In this document: positions 17,079 to 27,189 of the stretch, piece after piece
Numbering within the stretch: position 1 is the stretch's first letter
How the letters are laid out: each line of letters starts with the position of its first letter
DNA from: Candidatus Fermentithermobacillus carboniphilus
GTDB lineage: Bacteria > Bacillota > Sulfobacillia > Fermentithermobacillales > Fermentithermobacillaceae
Length of the DNA: 64,000 nt
Reading direction: 5' to 3'
Assembly (NCBI GenBank): GCA_018208355.1
Contig: CP062796.1
Location: forward strand, 621,217-685,216
Program-made: the position numbers and the translations under genes
The notes under the pieces: model-generated
What the model saw: the letters and a program-made list of their open reading frames with translations, nothing else
What the model was told of the DNA's origin: nothing
Database searches by the model: none

Positions 17079-18269
17079 TCATTCGAGGGTCTTCAGGACG
17101 TTCTCGAGACGGTTCAATCCTTCCTCGATTTTCGCCATCGAAGTCGCGTAGGAGAACCTTAAATTGCCCTGCGTGCCAAATGCCTTGCCGGGCACGACCG
17201 CAATCCTGGCCTCGTCCAGGAGTATGTCGGCAAGGGTTGTATCATCGGAAACCACCTTGCCGGCCAGCTTTTTTCCGATGAGGCCCGAGACGTCCGGATA
17301 GACGTAGAAAGCTCCCGGCGGGGTCAGGCATCTTATGCCGGGCATCTTATTGAGCCGCTCCACCATATAGTCGCGGCGCTTCTTGAACTCCATCCGCATT
17401 TTTTCGAGAGGTTCCTGGGGGCCTTTCAGCCCGGCCAGGGCTGCCTTCTGCGAAATCGATGTCGGGTTGGACGTGGCGTGGCTCTGAAGGTCACCCATGG
17501 CTTTAATTACGTCCTCGGGGCCGGCTGCATACCCGATTCTCCAACCGGTCATGGCGTACGCTTTGGAAACGCCGTTCACCGTAATGGTAATGGCCTTCAC
17601 CTCCGGGCTCAACGCGGCAAAGGAAACGTGCTCGCCTTCATAGATTAGCTTCTCGTAAATCTCGTCGGATATCACGGCAATATTATGTTTCAGGCATACC
17701 TCGGCTATCTTCTCCAACTCCTCCCGGGTATAGATGGCACCGGTGGGGTTGGAGGGACTGTTGAGGATAAGCAGGGTAGTCCTGGGCGTTATGGCCTTTT
17801 CCAGAGCTTGGGCCGTCACTTTGAACCCCGACTCGATGCTTGTGGGAAGTATCACAGGCGTTCCTCCCGCGAGTTTCACCATTTCGGGGTAGCTGACCCA
17901 GTAAGGTGCCGGCAGAAGCACTTCGTCGCCCTCGTCGCACAGGACCATGACCGCGTTGTAGATTGAATGTTTCGCCCCGACCGAAACCAGGACCTCGGAA
18001 GGCTTGTACTCCAAACCGTTATCCTTCTTGAGTTTCTCGCAAATGGCCTCCCTCAGTTCAGGGATCCCGGACGAGGGAGTGTACTTGGTAAACCCGGCCT
18101 GTATCGATTCTATTGCGGCGTCCTTTATGTGCTGGGGAGTATCGAAGTCGGGTTCTCCGACCCCGAAGTTTATGATGTTGATGCCTTCACGCTGCAACTT
18201 CTTTGTCTTGGCGTCAAGAGCAAGGGTCGGCGATGTGCTGATCGATCTTGCGCGGCTTGATAGTCTCAT
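17079..18269 (-). CDS. Class I/II (aspartate-type) aminotransferase
   Basis: GEPDFDTP, NSPSNPTG, SDEIYE, SKAYAMTGWRIG; GGAGG RBS before ATG 18269. Confidence 0.93.
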   Translation of the reverse strand: MRLSSRARSISTSPTLALDAKTKKLQREGINIINFGVGEPDFDTPQHIKDAAIESIQAGFTKYTPSSGIPELREAICEKLKKDNGLEYKPSEVLVSVGAKHSIYNAVMVLCDEGDEVLLPAPYWVSYPEMVKLAGGTPVILPTSIESGFKVTAQALEKAITPRTTLLILNSPSNPTGAIYTREELEKIAEVCLKHNIAVISDEIYEKLIYEGEHVSFAALSPEVKAITITVNGVSKAYAMTGWRIGYAAGPEDVIKAMGDLQSHATSNPTSISQKAALAGLKGPQEPLEKMRMEFKKRRDYMVERLNKMPGIRCLTPPGAFYVYPDVSGLIGKKLAGKVVSDDTTLADILLDEARIAVVPGKAFGTQGNLRFSYATSMAKIEEGLNRLENVLKTLE

Positions 18270-18541
18270 CAGCCATACCTCCGTAAATGCTTTACTAGTC
18301 CTCTTTGCTGGACCCGAGAATCCAAAACACCGGATCTTTTCTTCTATAGGGAAGGCAAAAACACCTTCTCTTCTATTGTAACTCTGGCCGGGTTCACCGT
18401 AGTACAAGCATTCTCAATTGCTGCACAACGCGCTGAAAATGCCCGGCTCATGGCCCGGGTCCTTTTTCGCAAATACTATGAAGGAGAACGACGCGGCGCG
18501 GAAGAACAACTGAGGAGCAAATAAGCCCCTCGCCGGAAAAG

Positions 18542-18772
18542 GTGACGTCAGTGTACAATCGCAAAAACGGTGGATTTCTTCAGCTGGCCGCGTTTGTCCT
18601 GACGCTCGGTTTTTCCCTGATAACCAGCGCCCTACTCGGTCTATACCTGGGGTCTATATTGGATAGACAAAGGCCTCACAAGGTATTAACTCCCATCGGA
18701 TTCTTACTGGGGCTTCTGGTTGGTTTTCACAGAGCCTGGCTTCTAATAAAAGATTTCATGAAAAGAGGATAA
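18542..18772 (+). CDS. AtpZ/AtpI (ATPase gene 1)-like 2-TM protein
   Basis: LLGLYLGSILDR...IGFLLGLLVGF pattern. Confidence 0.65.
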   Translation: MTSVYNRKNGGFLQLAAFVLTLGFSLITSALLGLYLGSILDRQRPHKVLTPIGFLLGLLVGFHRAWLLIKDFMKRG

Positions 18773-18787
18773 ACTTTTGCAAGGACG

Positions 18788-20170
18788 ATGTCTGTAGGAA
18801 CGATGACCTTCAAGGCACTGGTTTCAAAACTGCGCGCTATATCGCGAGCCGATATCTCGCACAAGACTCCGGAGCTTCTTCGCCTCCGGCATCTTTTGCG
18901 CTCGGCGTCGGATCCCGTGCTTTTTACGATAGTCCTATCCCTTGTGGCCCATGCGGTATTTACCACCTTTATCTCTCCCCGCCGGGGCATCGCAGGAGGT
19001 CCAGCTGGAAATAGTTCGCCTGCCTCGCCTATCCCCGTAGCCAGGCAAATCTCTGAAACCTATCCTAATAGAACCACGGGTTCGTACGATAGCCAGAAAC
19101 TCCTATCATATCTTGCGGGTCAACTTCAGCTGGCAGGGTGGCAAACCGAAATCCAGGAGTACTCCGCTACGGTAAAACTGACTTCGCCGGACCTCAAAGA
19201 CTCCGTCTCATTATGTGCCGAAGGGGAGAATCTTGTGGCCTTCGGAGGTGCGACAAGCGCCGGACTTCACTCAAAACCGGGCTCAGGTACGGACAACACG
19301 GCAGTTGTCGCGATCCTGGTCCTTGCACCTTACGACGTGCTCTCCGCAGCTGCCGCCGGCACATCGACCGGCACAGGAGCTGCCGAACCCCGGTCATCGA
19401 CGTTAACTCCCGCATCTGAAATTCTGTCGTCCCTGCCATCCGCTATCCTGTTGACCTCCCTGACAGGATTCCAGCCGGGAAAAAGCCAATGCATTTCGGC
19501 AGGTTTCGTATCAGGACACAATCAGGGAGGGGCGGGGACCGAAGCCGTTCTAGAAGACATCGCAACGAGGATGGGCATGGGTCTTGGCGCCGCCATCGTT
19601 ATCGGGGACGTCTCATGGGGAAACGATGTCGCCCTCATCGTCCACAGGAGTACGCCGGTAACGCTAGCCAAAAATGTGGCAAAGACACTCCGAAAGTACG
19701 GCTTGCGTCTTAAGGCCGCCAGAATCGAAGGCGTGATGGCGCACTACCTCACGGACCAAGCCGCTCCCGACCAGCCAACTCCCGAAAACCTTCGCACCCT
19801 ACCCGACAAAGGTTACTTTTGGGGCGAAGGTGAGATCCTCGCCAGTAGAGGAATCCCCTGCGTCACGCTTGGCTTTCCCCGGGTGGGCGTCGGTCTTTGG
19901 AGCGGGGCCACCACGGGCACCACAATCGATGCGGCTCAAGTTGAAGACAGGGCCAAGAAGGTGGCAGATGCCTTGGCAAGCCTGTATTATGCCGTCCCAA
20001 CAAGCTTCGCCGAAGGAGGAAACCCGGGCCCACTTGTAGACGAAAGCATAATATTGAACATTGGAGGAAATCCAGTTTTTCTGCAAAAGAATGCCTGTGT
20101 TCTCGTAATCGCTGTTTTCTCGCTTCTCTGTTTTGTGGCCGCGTTCTCGATCAAAGAACGCCCCTCATAA
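18788..20170 (+). CDS. Membrane-anchored M28-fold protein, probably catalytically dead
   Basis: RTTGS, ENLVA, ILVLAPYD, SGHNQGGAG and RGIPCV echo M28 motifs with the Zn ligands substituted; TM segments at both ends. Confidence 0.55.
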   Translation: MSVGTMTFKALVSKLRAISRADISHKTPELLRLRHLLRSASDPVLFTIVLSLVAHAVFTTFISPRRGIAGGPAGNSSPASPIPVARQISETYPNRTTGSYDSQKLLSYLAGQLQLAGWQTEIQEYSATVKLTSPDLKDSVSLCAEGENLVAFGGATSAGLHSKPGSGTDNTAVVAILVLAPYDVLSAAAAGTSTGTGAAEPRSSTLTPASEILSSLPSAILLTSLTGFQPGKSQCISAGFVSGHNQGGAGTEAVLEDIATRMGMGLGAAIVIGDVSWGNDVALIVHRSTPVTLAKNVAKTLRKYGLRLKAARIEGVMAHYLTDQAAPDQPTPENLRTLPDKGYFWGEGEILASRGIPCVTLGFPRVGVGLWSGATTGTTIDAAQVEDRAKKVADALASLYYAVPTSFAEGGNPGPLVDESIILNIGGNPVFLQKNACVLVIAVFSLLCFVAAFSIKERPS

Positions 20171-20266
20171 TCTTTTTCCGGAATGCATACCGTTTGACCC
20201 TTCAAGAGATCCTATCTACGGTAAGCTTTTCAACGCTTGTCTTTCACGGAGGCTTCAGCACCGGCC

Positions 20267-22192
20267 ATGGTCAAATCGATCTTTTCACCCATAACCATAA
20301 ATCAGATGACGCTCAGGAACAGGCTCGTGGTTCCCCCGATGGTGACCAACTACGGGACCGAAAAAGGCGAAGTAACCGACAGGCTCATCACCTACCTTGA
20401 AGCTAGGGCAAGAGGCGGATTTGGACTCATTACCCTGGAAGCCACGGCGGTCCACCCGGGTGGAAGAGGGTTTCAGAAGCAAGTGGGACTCTGGGATGAT
20501 TCCCAGATACCGGGACTCGCGGATCTCGCCGCGGCTATACACCGTCACGGGGCCCGGTTGTCGGTCCAGCTTTTCCACGCCGGAAGACAGACCTATTCGG
20601 CCGTCCTCGGGACACAAAGCGTCTCCGCCTCGGCGGTCCCCTGCCCTGTGTGTAAAGAAGTACCCCGCGAACTGAACTTATCAGGTATTAAGGAAATCGT
20701 GCGTTCCTTCGCGAAAGCCGCCGAAAGGGCCAGGATCGCCGGGGCTGACGCTTTGGAAATCCACGGAGCCCACGGTTACCTGGTCAACCAATTCGTCTCC
20801 CCTTATTCAAACAGGAGAGTTGACGAATACGGCGGAAGCCTCAAGAACCGCATGCGTTTTCCCCTGGAAGTCATCGCCGAGGTCAGAAAGGCAGTAGGAG
20901 CGGATTTCCCGGTAATATACCGCATCTCCGCCAGGGAGAGGGTGCCGGGCGGGCTCACCCTTGAAGAAAACCTCGTGATAGCACGAATACTTTCCGAGGC
21001 AGGGATCGACGCGTTTCACGTCAGCACCGGAGTGTACGGGAGCATGCCTTACATTATCCCCCCGTACTCGCTTCCGGAGGGGCTCAACGTCGAAGATGCC
21101 CATGCGATAAGAGAAGCCACCGGACTTCCGGTGATCGTGGCCGGGCGGATAACCGAGGTTTTCATGGCCGAATCCATCGTTTCCACGGGAAAGGCAGACA
21201 TGGTGGCAATGGGCAGGGCTTCCATAGTCGATCCCGATCTTCCGAGAAAGGCGGCGGCCGGCGCTTTCGATGACATAAGACCGTGCATATCCTGCAACCA
21301 GGGATGCATAGGAGGGCTTCTGGGTCCCGCCATGGAAATGTCGTGCCTCGTAAACCCGACCGTCGGCAAGGAAAAGGAATTTGCGGTCACACCCGCGCCC
21401 GTCAAAAAGAAGGTCATGGTCGTGGGCGCCGGACCCGCGGGTCTCGAGGCCGCCCGTATCCTGGCACAAAGAGGGCACAGCGTCGTGCTTTCGGATAAGT
21501 CAGACCGTTTTGGCGGACAGTTCAGGCTGGCCGCCTTACCGCCGGAAAAGCAACCGCTGGCAAAGCTCATAAGGTGGCAGGCAGACCAGGCGGCAAAGGC
21601 AGGGGTCACCGTCAAACTCGGAAACGAGGTAACCCGGCAGGTGGTGACCGACGCAAGACCAGATACGGTAGTGGTCGCCACAGGAGGAAAGCCCTTGATC
21701 CCCCGGATACCCGGAGCCGATGCCCCGTGGGTCGCCTCAGCGTGGGACGTCCTGGCTGGAAAGGCACCTACGGGACAGAACGTATTGATTATGGGCGGAG
21801 GTTCGGTGGGGTGCGAGACCGCAGACTACCTCCTCCACCTTGAAAAGCGCGTCACCATCGTGGAAATGCTCGGCGAACTCGCGCGTGACGTCGAATCCAC
21901 CACCAGGTATTTCCTCCTGCAAAGGCTCAATAACCTCGGAGCCAACGTTGTTCTGAACGCGACCATCGTCGAGATCACAAGAGACGGCGTCATCTACGAG
22001 CGCCAGGGACAAAGACAGGAACTTCGGGGTTTCGATACGCTGGTCGCCGCGTTCGGCACCGCCCCGGAAAACTCCCTGGTAAAGGACATTTTGGGCATCG
22101 TGACGGAAGTCTACGTCATAGGCGACGCTGAAGAGCCCAGGCGGGCTATAGACGCCATACGGGACGCGGAAAAACTCGCCACACGGATATGA
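20267..22192 (+). CDS. NADH:flavin oxidoreductase (OYE / 2,4-dienoyl-CoA reductase-like)
   Basis: EIHGAHGYL, NRRVDEYGGSLKNRMRF, CISCNQGC, GAGPAG. Confidence 0.93.
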   Translation: MVKSIFSPITINQMTLRNRLVVPPMVTNYGTEKGEVTDRLITYLEARARGGFGLITLEATAVHPGGRGFQKQVGLWDDSQIPGLADLAAAIHRHGARLSVQLFHAGRQTYSAVLGTQSVSASAVPCPVCKEVPRELNLSGIKEIVRSFAKAAERARIAGADALEIHGAHGYLVNQFVSPYSNRRVDEYGGSLKNRMRFPLEVIAEVRKAVGADFPVIYRISARERVPGGLTLEENLVIARILSEAGIDAFHVSTGVYGSMPYIIPPYSLPEGLNVEDAHAIREATGLPVIVAGRITEVFMAESIVSTGKADMVAMGRASIVDPDLPRKAAAGAFDDIRPCISCNQGCIGGLLGPAMEMSCLVNPTVGKEKEFAVTPAPVKKKVMVVGAGPAGLEAARILAQRGHSVVLSDKSDRFGGQFRLAALPPEKQPLAKLIRWQADQAAKAGVTVKLGNEVTRQVVTDARPDTVVVATGGKPLIPRIPGADAPWVASAWDVLAGKAPTGQNVLIMGGGSVGCETADYLLHLEKRVTIVEMLGELARDVESTTRYFLLQRLNNLGANVVLNATIVEITRDGVIYERQGQRQELRGFDTLVAAFGTAPENSLVKDILGIVTEVYVIGDAEEPRRAIDAIRDAEKLATRI

Positions 22193-22297
22193 GGGTCTGT
22201 ATATAGTTTCCCCATAAGGTGACCCGGTGCTGCCCGCACGCCTCTTCTCGTTTGACTCGATCTCTGCGTTTGACTCGATCTCTGCAATAACCCCGCG

Positions 22298-22897
22298 TCA
22301 CGAAATGTTTGGAGAGCGCCTTTTCTCCATCCACCTGCGCCCCATGGAAAAGGCCTTTAGGTTCGCACCTATTGTTTTTTCGGGAACCAGTTTGGAGATC
22401 TCATTCTCCCACACACTTGCGGGAATCTCCAGTATCCAGGACAGGGCTCCCAGACACACCATGTTGGATGTCCGGACGTTTCCGGCCTCAAGGGCCATCG
22501 ATAGGGCCGGGAGAATGTAGACCTCCCCCGCCCTCTGAAGGAAAGACTCCTCGGTCAGGTTTGGGTACTCGGCGTCTCCAGTTATCACCGAGATCGGGGC
22601 GATCTTTTCATCGCTAGAGACGACTACTCCCGATGGTTTCAAGTTCGGAAGCTCGCGGTATGCTTCCAGCAACTCAAGGCCGACGATAACGTCAACCTTT
22701 CCCGCCGGAACCGCCGGTGAAAACACTTTTTGCCCCCTGCGGACATAACTTGTCACCGTCCCTCCGCGCTGGGCCATCCCGTGGACTTCCGAGGTCTTTA
22801 CGTCAAACCCCGCTTCTGCGAAAACCTGAGCAAGGACAGTGGTCGCCAGAAGCCCACCCTGGCCTCCGACACCGGCTATGGCGAAATCTTTCAGCAC
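22298..22897 (-). CDS. iorB: Indolepyruvate:ferredoxin oxidoreductase beta subunit
   Basis: AGVGGQG, SEVHGMAQRGGTV. Confidence 0.93.
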   Translation of the reverse strand: MLKDFAIAGVGGQGGLLATTVLAQVFAEAGFDVKTSEVHGMAQRGGTVTSYVRRGQKVFSPAVPAGKVDVIVGLELLEAYRELPNLKPSGVVVSSDEKIAPISVITGDAEYPNLTEESFLQRAGEVYILPALSMALEAGNVRTSNMVCLGALSWILEIPASVWENEISKLVPEKTIGANLKAFSMGRRWMEKRRSPNIS

Positions 22898-24825
22898 GTG
22901 GAATCGCCTCCCTCTCGACGTCCCTCTACCGCAGTAACGCCGTCCCCCGGCCCGGGGCATTCACCCTTTGCTCCCGCAAAAAGGGCATTTCTCGGGCAAA
23001 TCTGAACGCAGAGACCGCAACCAGTACACAAGATTTCGTTTACCTTTGGCTTTCTCCCTTCCCGCTCCAGTGCAGGACAACCGGGACGCAGGCAAAGACC
23101 GCACTCTACGCACAGAGAAAGGTCGAATTTTACCGGCTGGGTTTTCTTCCTCGCCAGAAGGACGCAAGGAGCCCGGGCAATGATCACCGCCGACGGCTGG
23201 TCCAGGGCTTTTCTCAACGCCCTTTCTACGGATTTTGTATCGTAGGCGTCGACCACCTCGACATCTCTTCGTCCCACAGCCCGCGCTATTTCTTCAATCG
23301 CAACCTTCGGAGACTCTTTGTGTCTTGCATTCCAGCCCGAGGCGGGATGACCCTGGTGGCCCGTCATGGCTGTCGTGCCGTTGTCGAGTATAATCACGGG
23401 GGCATCTACCTGGTTGTACGTCATATTGATGAGCGGCGTTATCCCCGAATGCATGAACGTTGAGTCACCTATTACCGCCACCACCTTGCCGGCCTTGTCG
23501 GCGGGAAGACCCAGGCGCATCCCCTGAGCGTGACCGATGCTGGCACCCATACAGGTGGTGGTGTCGAGAGAAGAAAGTGGCGGCAGCGCCCCAAGGGTGT
23601 AACATCCGATGTCGCCGCAGGCCACAAGGCCGAGTTTCTTGATGACGTAGTATACTGCCCTGTGGGGACAACCAGGGCAGAGAACCGGAGGTCTCGCAGG
23701 CAGCGACCTTGTACCTGGGACCAGATCTGGCTCAGCAGCATTCAAAAGTCCCGCTTCTGCCACGTTTGAGGGTCCCCCGCCGGAGGCATCCCCTCTTTTC
23801 TCGCCACACCCGGGATCGGTGCATCCAAGGGACCACAACACCTTCTGTTTCACTATCCCGACGGAAAGTTCCCCGGCGCCAGGAAACACGTCTTTTCCCC
23901 TGCACGTTATGCCCATGGCGCGGATTTGCGTCTCCCAGAAGTCATCCAGTTCTTCTACCACATAGAGGCATTTAACCCTCGCGGCGAATTCCCTGATCAC
24001 CTTCTCCGGCAAAGGGTACGCGAGCCCAAGTTTCAGGACCGAAGCTTCCGGGAAGGCTTCCTTCACGTACTGGTAGGAAATACCACCGGTTATGAAGCCG
24101 ATGTAGTCGTCTCCCCACTCAATACGGTTAAGGCCTGCCTCATCGGAAAACTCCGCAAGCTTTTTGACGCGTTCGAGCACGGAGACTTTCCTCCGCCTGG
24201 CATTGGCAGGGAGCATGACGTATTTTGCCATATCTTTTTCGTAAGGCTTTCGCCCGACCGCTTTTTTCCCGCTTGTTGCGACCAGCGACCGCGCGTGAGA
24301 TATACGCGTGGTAGACCTGATGATGACAGGCGTGTCAAATTCCTCGGAGATATCAAACGCCACCCTAGTGAAATCGTAAGCCTCTTGGGAATCCGAAGGC
24401 TCCAGGATGGGTACTTTGGCAAACTTCCCGAACCAGCGGTTGTCCTGTTCATTCTGGGAAGAGTGCATCCCAGGGTCATCGGCAGTGACGATGACCAGGC
24501 CTCCCCTGACTCCCATGTAAGTTACCGTCATAAGAGGGTCTGCCGCGACGTTGAGGCCAACGTGCTTCATGCACGCTATGGCACGGACACCGGCGATGGA
24601 AGCACCGATGACGACCTCCAAGGCCACCTTCTCGTTGGTAGACCATTCCACGTGGATGTCCGGAAACCTTGTCATAGTCTCGATAATCTCGGTACTGGGA
24701 GTACCCGGGTATCCAGCGGCCACCGTGCAACCCGCCTCGTAAGCACCAAGCGCAATGGCCTCATTTCCATAGAGGAGCCTCGGGTTTGAATCCGAGGTTC
24801 TTTTGAATGTATCCTGAGTAACCAA
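22891..24825 (-). CDS. iorA: Indolepyruvate:ferredoxin oxidoreductase alpha subunit
   Basis: YPGTPSTE, SSQNEQD, LCPGCPH, GDSTF, C-terminal 2x[4Fe-4S]. Confidence 0.95.
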   Translation of the reverse strand: MVTQDTFKRTSDSNPRLLYGNEAIALGAYEAGCTVAAGYPGTPSTEIIETMTRFPDIHVEWSTNEKVALEVVIGASIAGVRAIACMKHVGLNVAADPLMTVTYMGVRGGLVIVTADDPGMHSSQNEQDNRWFGKFAKVPILEPSDSQEAYDFTRVAFDISEEFDTPVIIRSTTRISHARSLVATSGKKAVGRKPYEKDMAKYVMLPANARRRKVSVLERVKKLAEFSDEAGLNRIEWGDDYIGFITGGISYQYVKEAFPEASVLKLGLAYPLPEKVIREFAARVKCLYVVEELDDFWETQIRAMGITCRGKDVFPGAGELSVGIVKQKVLWSLGCTDPGCGEKRGDASGGGPSNVAEAGLLNAAEPDLVPGTRSLPARPPVLCPGCPHRAVYYVIKKLGLVACGDIGCYTLGALPPLSSLDTTTCMGASIGHAQGMRLGLPADKAGKVVAVIGDSTFMHSGITPLINMTYNQVDAPVIILDNGTTAMTGHQGHPASGWNARHKESPKVAIEEIARAVGRRDVEVVDAYDTKSVERALRKALDQPSAVIIARAPCVLLARKKTQPVKFDLSLCVECGLCLRPGCPALEREGRKPKVNEILCTGCGLCVQICPRNALFAGAKGECPGPGDGVTAVEGRREGGDSTC

Positions 24826-25136
24826 GAGACTGTCCCCCCTTTTGTACCGTTGGGCACTAAAGAGGATTCGGGGGGACGGTCGTTATGTCCTCCCATCTGC
24901 TTCCGCGAGCAGGCCCCATCCGCGCGTGCTGCCGACGGTCGGCGGCATAAGAAACCACCGCTGCTTCGGTCACATCGCGCTTCAGTCCCTTTATGCCGAA
25001 ATACCTCACGTTTGTGCGATATATCTATTAGGGTAAAATCTCAACTCGGGAGCGAGGCCGGCAAGATGAGAGGACGCCTTGACCAAGCATTTCCATACAA
25101 AGGATTTCAAGGCGGGATCAGAGAAAATTGTAAACG

Positions 25137-25910
25137 GTGAACGGTATATTGACCTTTTCGTTTACGAAGAAATCGTCCGAGGAGACGCTGGAATCGCGGG
25201 TGGCGCGAGCACGCGACGGCGACCGCACGGCCAGGGAAGAACTAATCCGCGATTACGCTCCTTTTATCTTGAAAACCGCCTCCTCACTCGTGAAAAGATA
25301 TGTAGCCTTCGGCAAGGACGATGAAGCCAGCATCGCGATGTCGGCGTTTAACGAGGCCATCGACGCTTACGCGAGCAAAAGGCCGGGTTTTCTAGCTTTC
25401 GCCGCCACGGTCATAAGGCGGAGGCTCGTGGACCATTTCCGGAAGGCGGTCAGACACCCGGAAATCCCATTCTCCGCGCTGGAGAACCGAGATAGCGGTA
25501 ATAGCAGGGCAGTAGATATAGAGGTCCTGGATAGCTACGGTACTACTGATTGGCAGAAGGTTATAGAACGGAGAGACGAAATCGAGCGGTGGAAAGAGAC
25601 GCTGGAGGAATTCGGATTGACTTTGAACAAAGTAGTCAAGATGACCCCGAAACACGAAGACGCTAGGACGCGTGCAATTGAGATCGCGAAGATAGTGGCC
25701 CGGAACCGGCACCTAAGGGACAAGCTCTTTCTGACCAAGAGACTACCGGTCGACGACATTCTCTCTTGGCTCCCCCCAGAGAACCGCGTATCTAGGAAAA
25801 CAATGGACCGGCAGAGTGTGTACATAACTGCCCTCGTGATCATACTCACCGGTGAGTTTCCGAGCATCAGGGAGTTTCTTGGAATTGACGGGAGAGGTGG
25901 TGATACGTGA
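25137..25910 (+). CDS. sigI: RNA polymerase sigma factor SigI
   Basis: DDEASIAMSAFNEAI, PKHED, SRKTMDR; paired with rsgI. Confidence 0.9.
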   Translation: MNGILTFSFTKKSSEETLESRVARARDGDRTAREELIRDYAPFILKTASSLVKRYVAFGKDDEASIAMSAFNEAIDAYASKRPGFLAFAATVIRRRLVDHFRKAVRHPEIPFSALENRDSGNSRAVDIEVLDSYGTTDWQKVIERRDEIERWKETLEEFGLTLNKVVKMTPKHEDARTRAIEIAKIVARNRHLRDKLFLTKRLPVDDILSWLPPENRVSRKTMDRQSVYITALVIILTGEFPSIREFLGIDGRGGDT

Positions 25911-27100
25911 TGCATCGCCAACGATGCCTCGTGGTGGATATTCGCGGAGATAAAGTCACGGTATTGACTCCTGACGGCCGGTTCAAGAACATGTCAAGGC
26001 AAAATCTGGACCTCTTCGTCGGCGAGGAGGTGCTTGTGGCCGAACCCGAGGCCTCCAAGGTGTTCCCCAGCCTGTTTGGAAAGCGGCTGGCTCTTGCCGC
26101 GGCGCTTTCATTGGTCATCATCATATCGTCATTTTTCAGCTACACAAGGTACCTCGAGGCAAGGCCCTCTCTCGCATACGTGACCGTGGACTTTGTCGAT
26201 TCACCGGGCAGCATAGAGCTGGAAGTAAACGATAAGGGCTTGGTGAAGTCGGCGAGAAGTTTCGATGAACCCGGAGAGAAAGTCCTGTCGGCAACGGATG
26301 TTCACCTGAAGCCCGTAGAAAAAGTCGTGGCTCATGTAGTCAGGGCTTGCGGGCAAAAGGGAGTTTCGGGAGTGTTGATAGGGATAGTCCCGATTAAAGA
26401 AAGTCCGGCGGTCAATTCTCTTGAAAAGAGAGTCGCTGAAAAAGCCAGGGAGTCTCTGAAAGAACTCGAAAGAGCACGTACGCAGGAAGCCGGGACAGGT
26501 GTATCAGCTACCCTCAACACATTGCGCCTGGACCTTGACATCCGGAAGGAAGCCGAAAAACTGAATATGTCCGCAGCCAGGGCGGCTGTCTGGGCCCTTG
26601 CGAAAAAGTCGGGCCAGGGCCAGGAAAAAGAAGGCAACTCCGGGCAGGTCAATATAACGTCCGACAGCGGTCAGGGAAAACCCGGAAAAAGCGTCAGCGT
26701 GAAGTCGACGCTCCCCTCGGTGGACCTTGAAGCCCTCTTAAAAGCCCAGAGCTCCGAGAATCAGAAAAAGTACATCGAGGAAATCACCAGGGCCTGGGTG
26801 GAAGAATTCAAAGGTACGCTCGAGGAGCAGGATGAGGGAGGGCCAGAAAAACCCGGCCAGCATGAAAAACCTGAGGGCGAAAAATCTAGAGACCAGGAAT
26901 CCAAAGGCGAGAGCGAATCCGGAAAACGCGGTCCCGAAGGAGGAAACCAAAAACCGGCGGACGAAAACGATAAGGGACCCCGTAATCCAGCTGGTAACCG
27001 CCGTGAAGAAAACTCCCGTACTGAGGGTCAAAAGGGCGACCGCAGTGAAGAATCCCAAAATGAGGGACCCAGGCATGGAAACCCGGGAGGAGGGCGGTGA
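25907..27100 (+). CDS. rsgI: Anti-sigma-I factor
   Basis: VLTPDGRF N-terminal domain, TM helix, juxtamembrane domain, charged disordered tail. Confidence 0.85.
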   Translation: MMHRQRCLVVDIRGDKVTVLTPDGRFKNMSRQNLDLFVGEEVLVAEPEASKVFPSLFGKRLALAAALSLVIIISSFFSYTRYLEARPSLAYVTVDFVDSPGSIELEVNDKGLVKSARSFDEPGEKVLSATDVHLKPVEKVVAHVVRACGQKGVSGVLIGIVPIKESPAVNSLEKRVAEKARESLKELERARTQEAGTGVSATLNTLRLDLDIRKEAEKLNMSAARAAVWALAKKSGQGQEKEGNSGQVNITSDSGQGKPGKSVSVKSTLPSVDLEALLKAQSSENQKKYIEEITRAWVEEFKGTLEEQDEGGPEKPGQHEKPEGEKSRDQESKGESESGKRGPEGGNQKPADENDKGPRNPAGNRREENSRTEGQKGDRSEESQNEGPRHGNPGGGR

Positions 27101-27189
27101 TTGCACATCTTCTGCCCCCTCTACCACTTTGGGAACCGCTATTGGGAACTATGCACGCCTGGGAGTTGAGCTTTCTCGGCAGACCATGG

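Noticed and set aside
22250-22285. 18-bp tandem duplication GTTTGACTCGATCTCTGC (also GAGGAGGACATCA twice near 28278)
   Set aside because: Two-copy local slippage duplications; no evidence of function.
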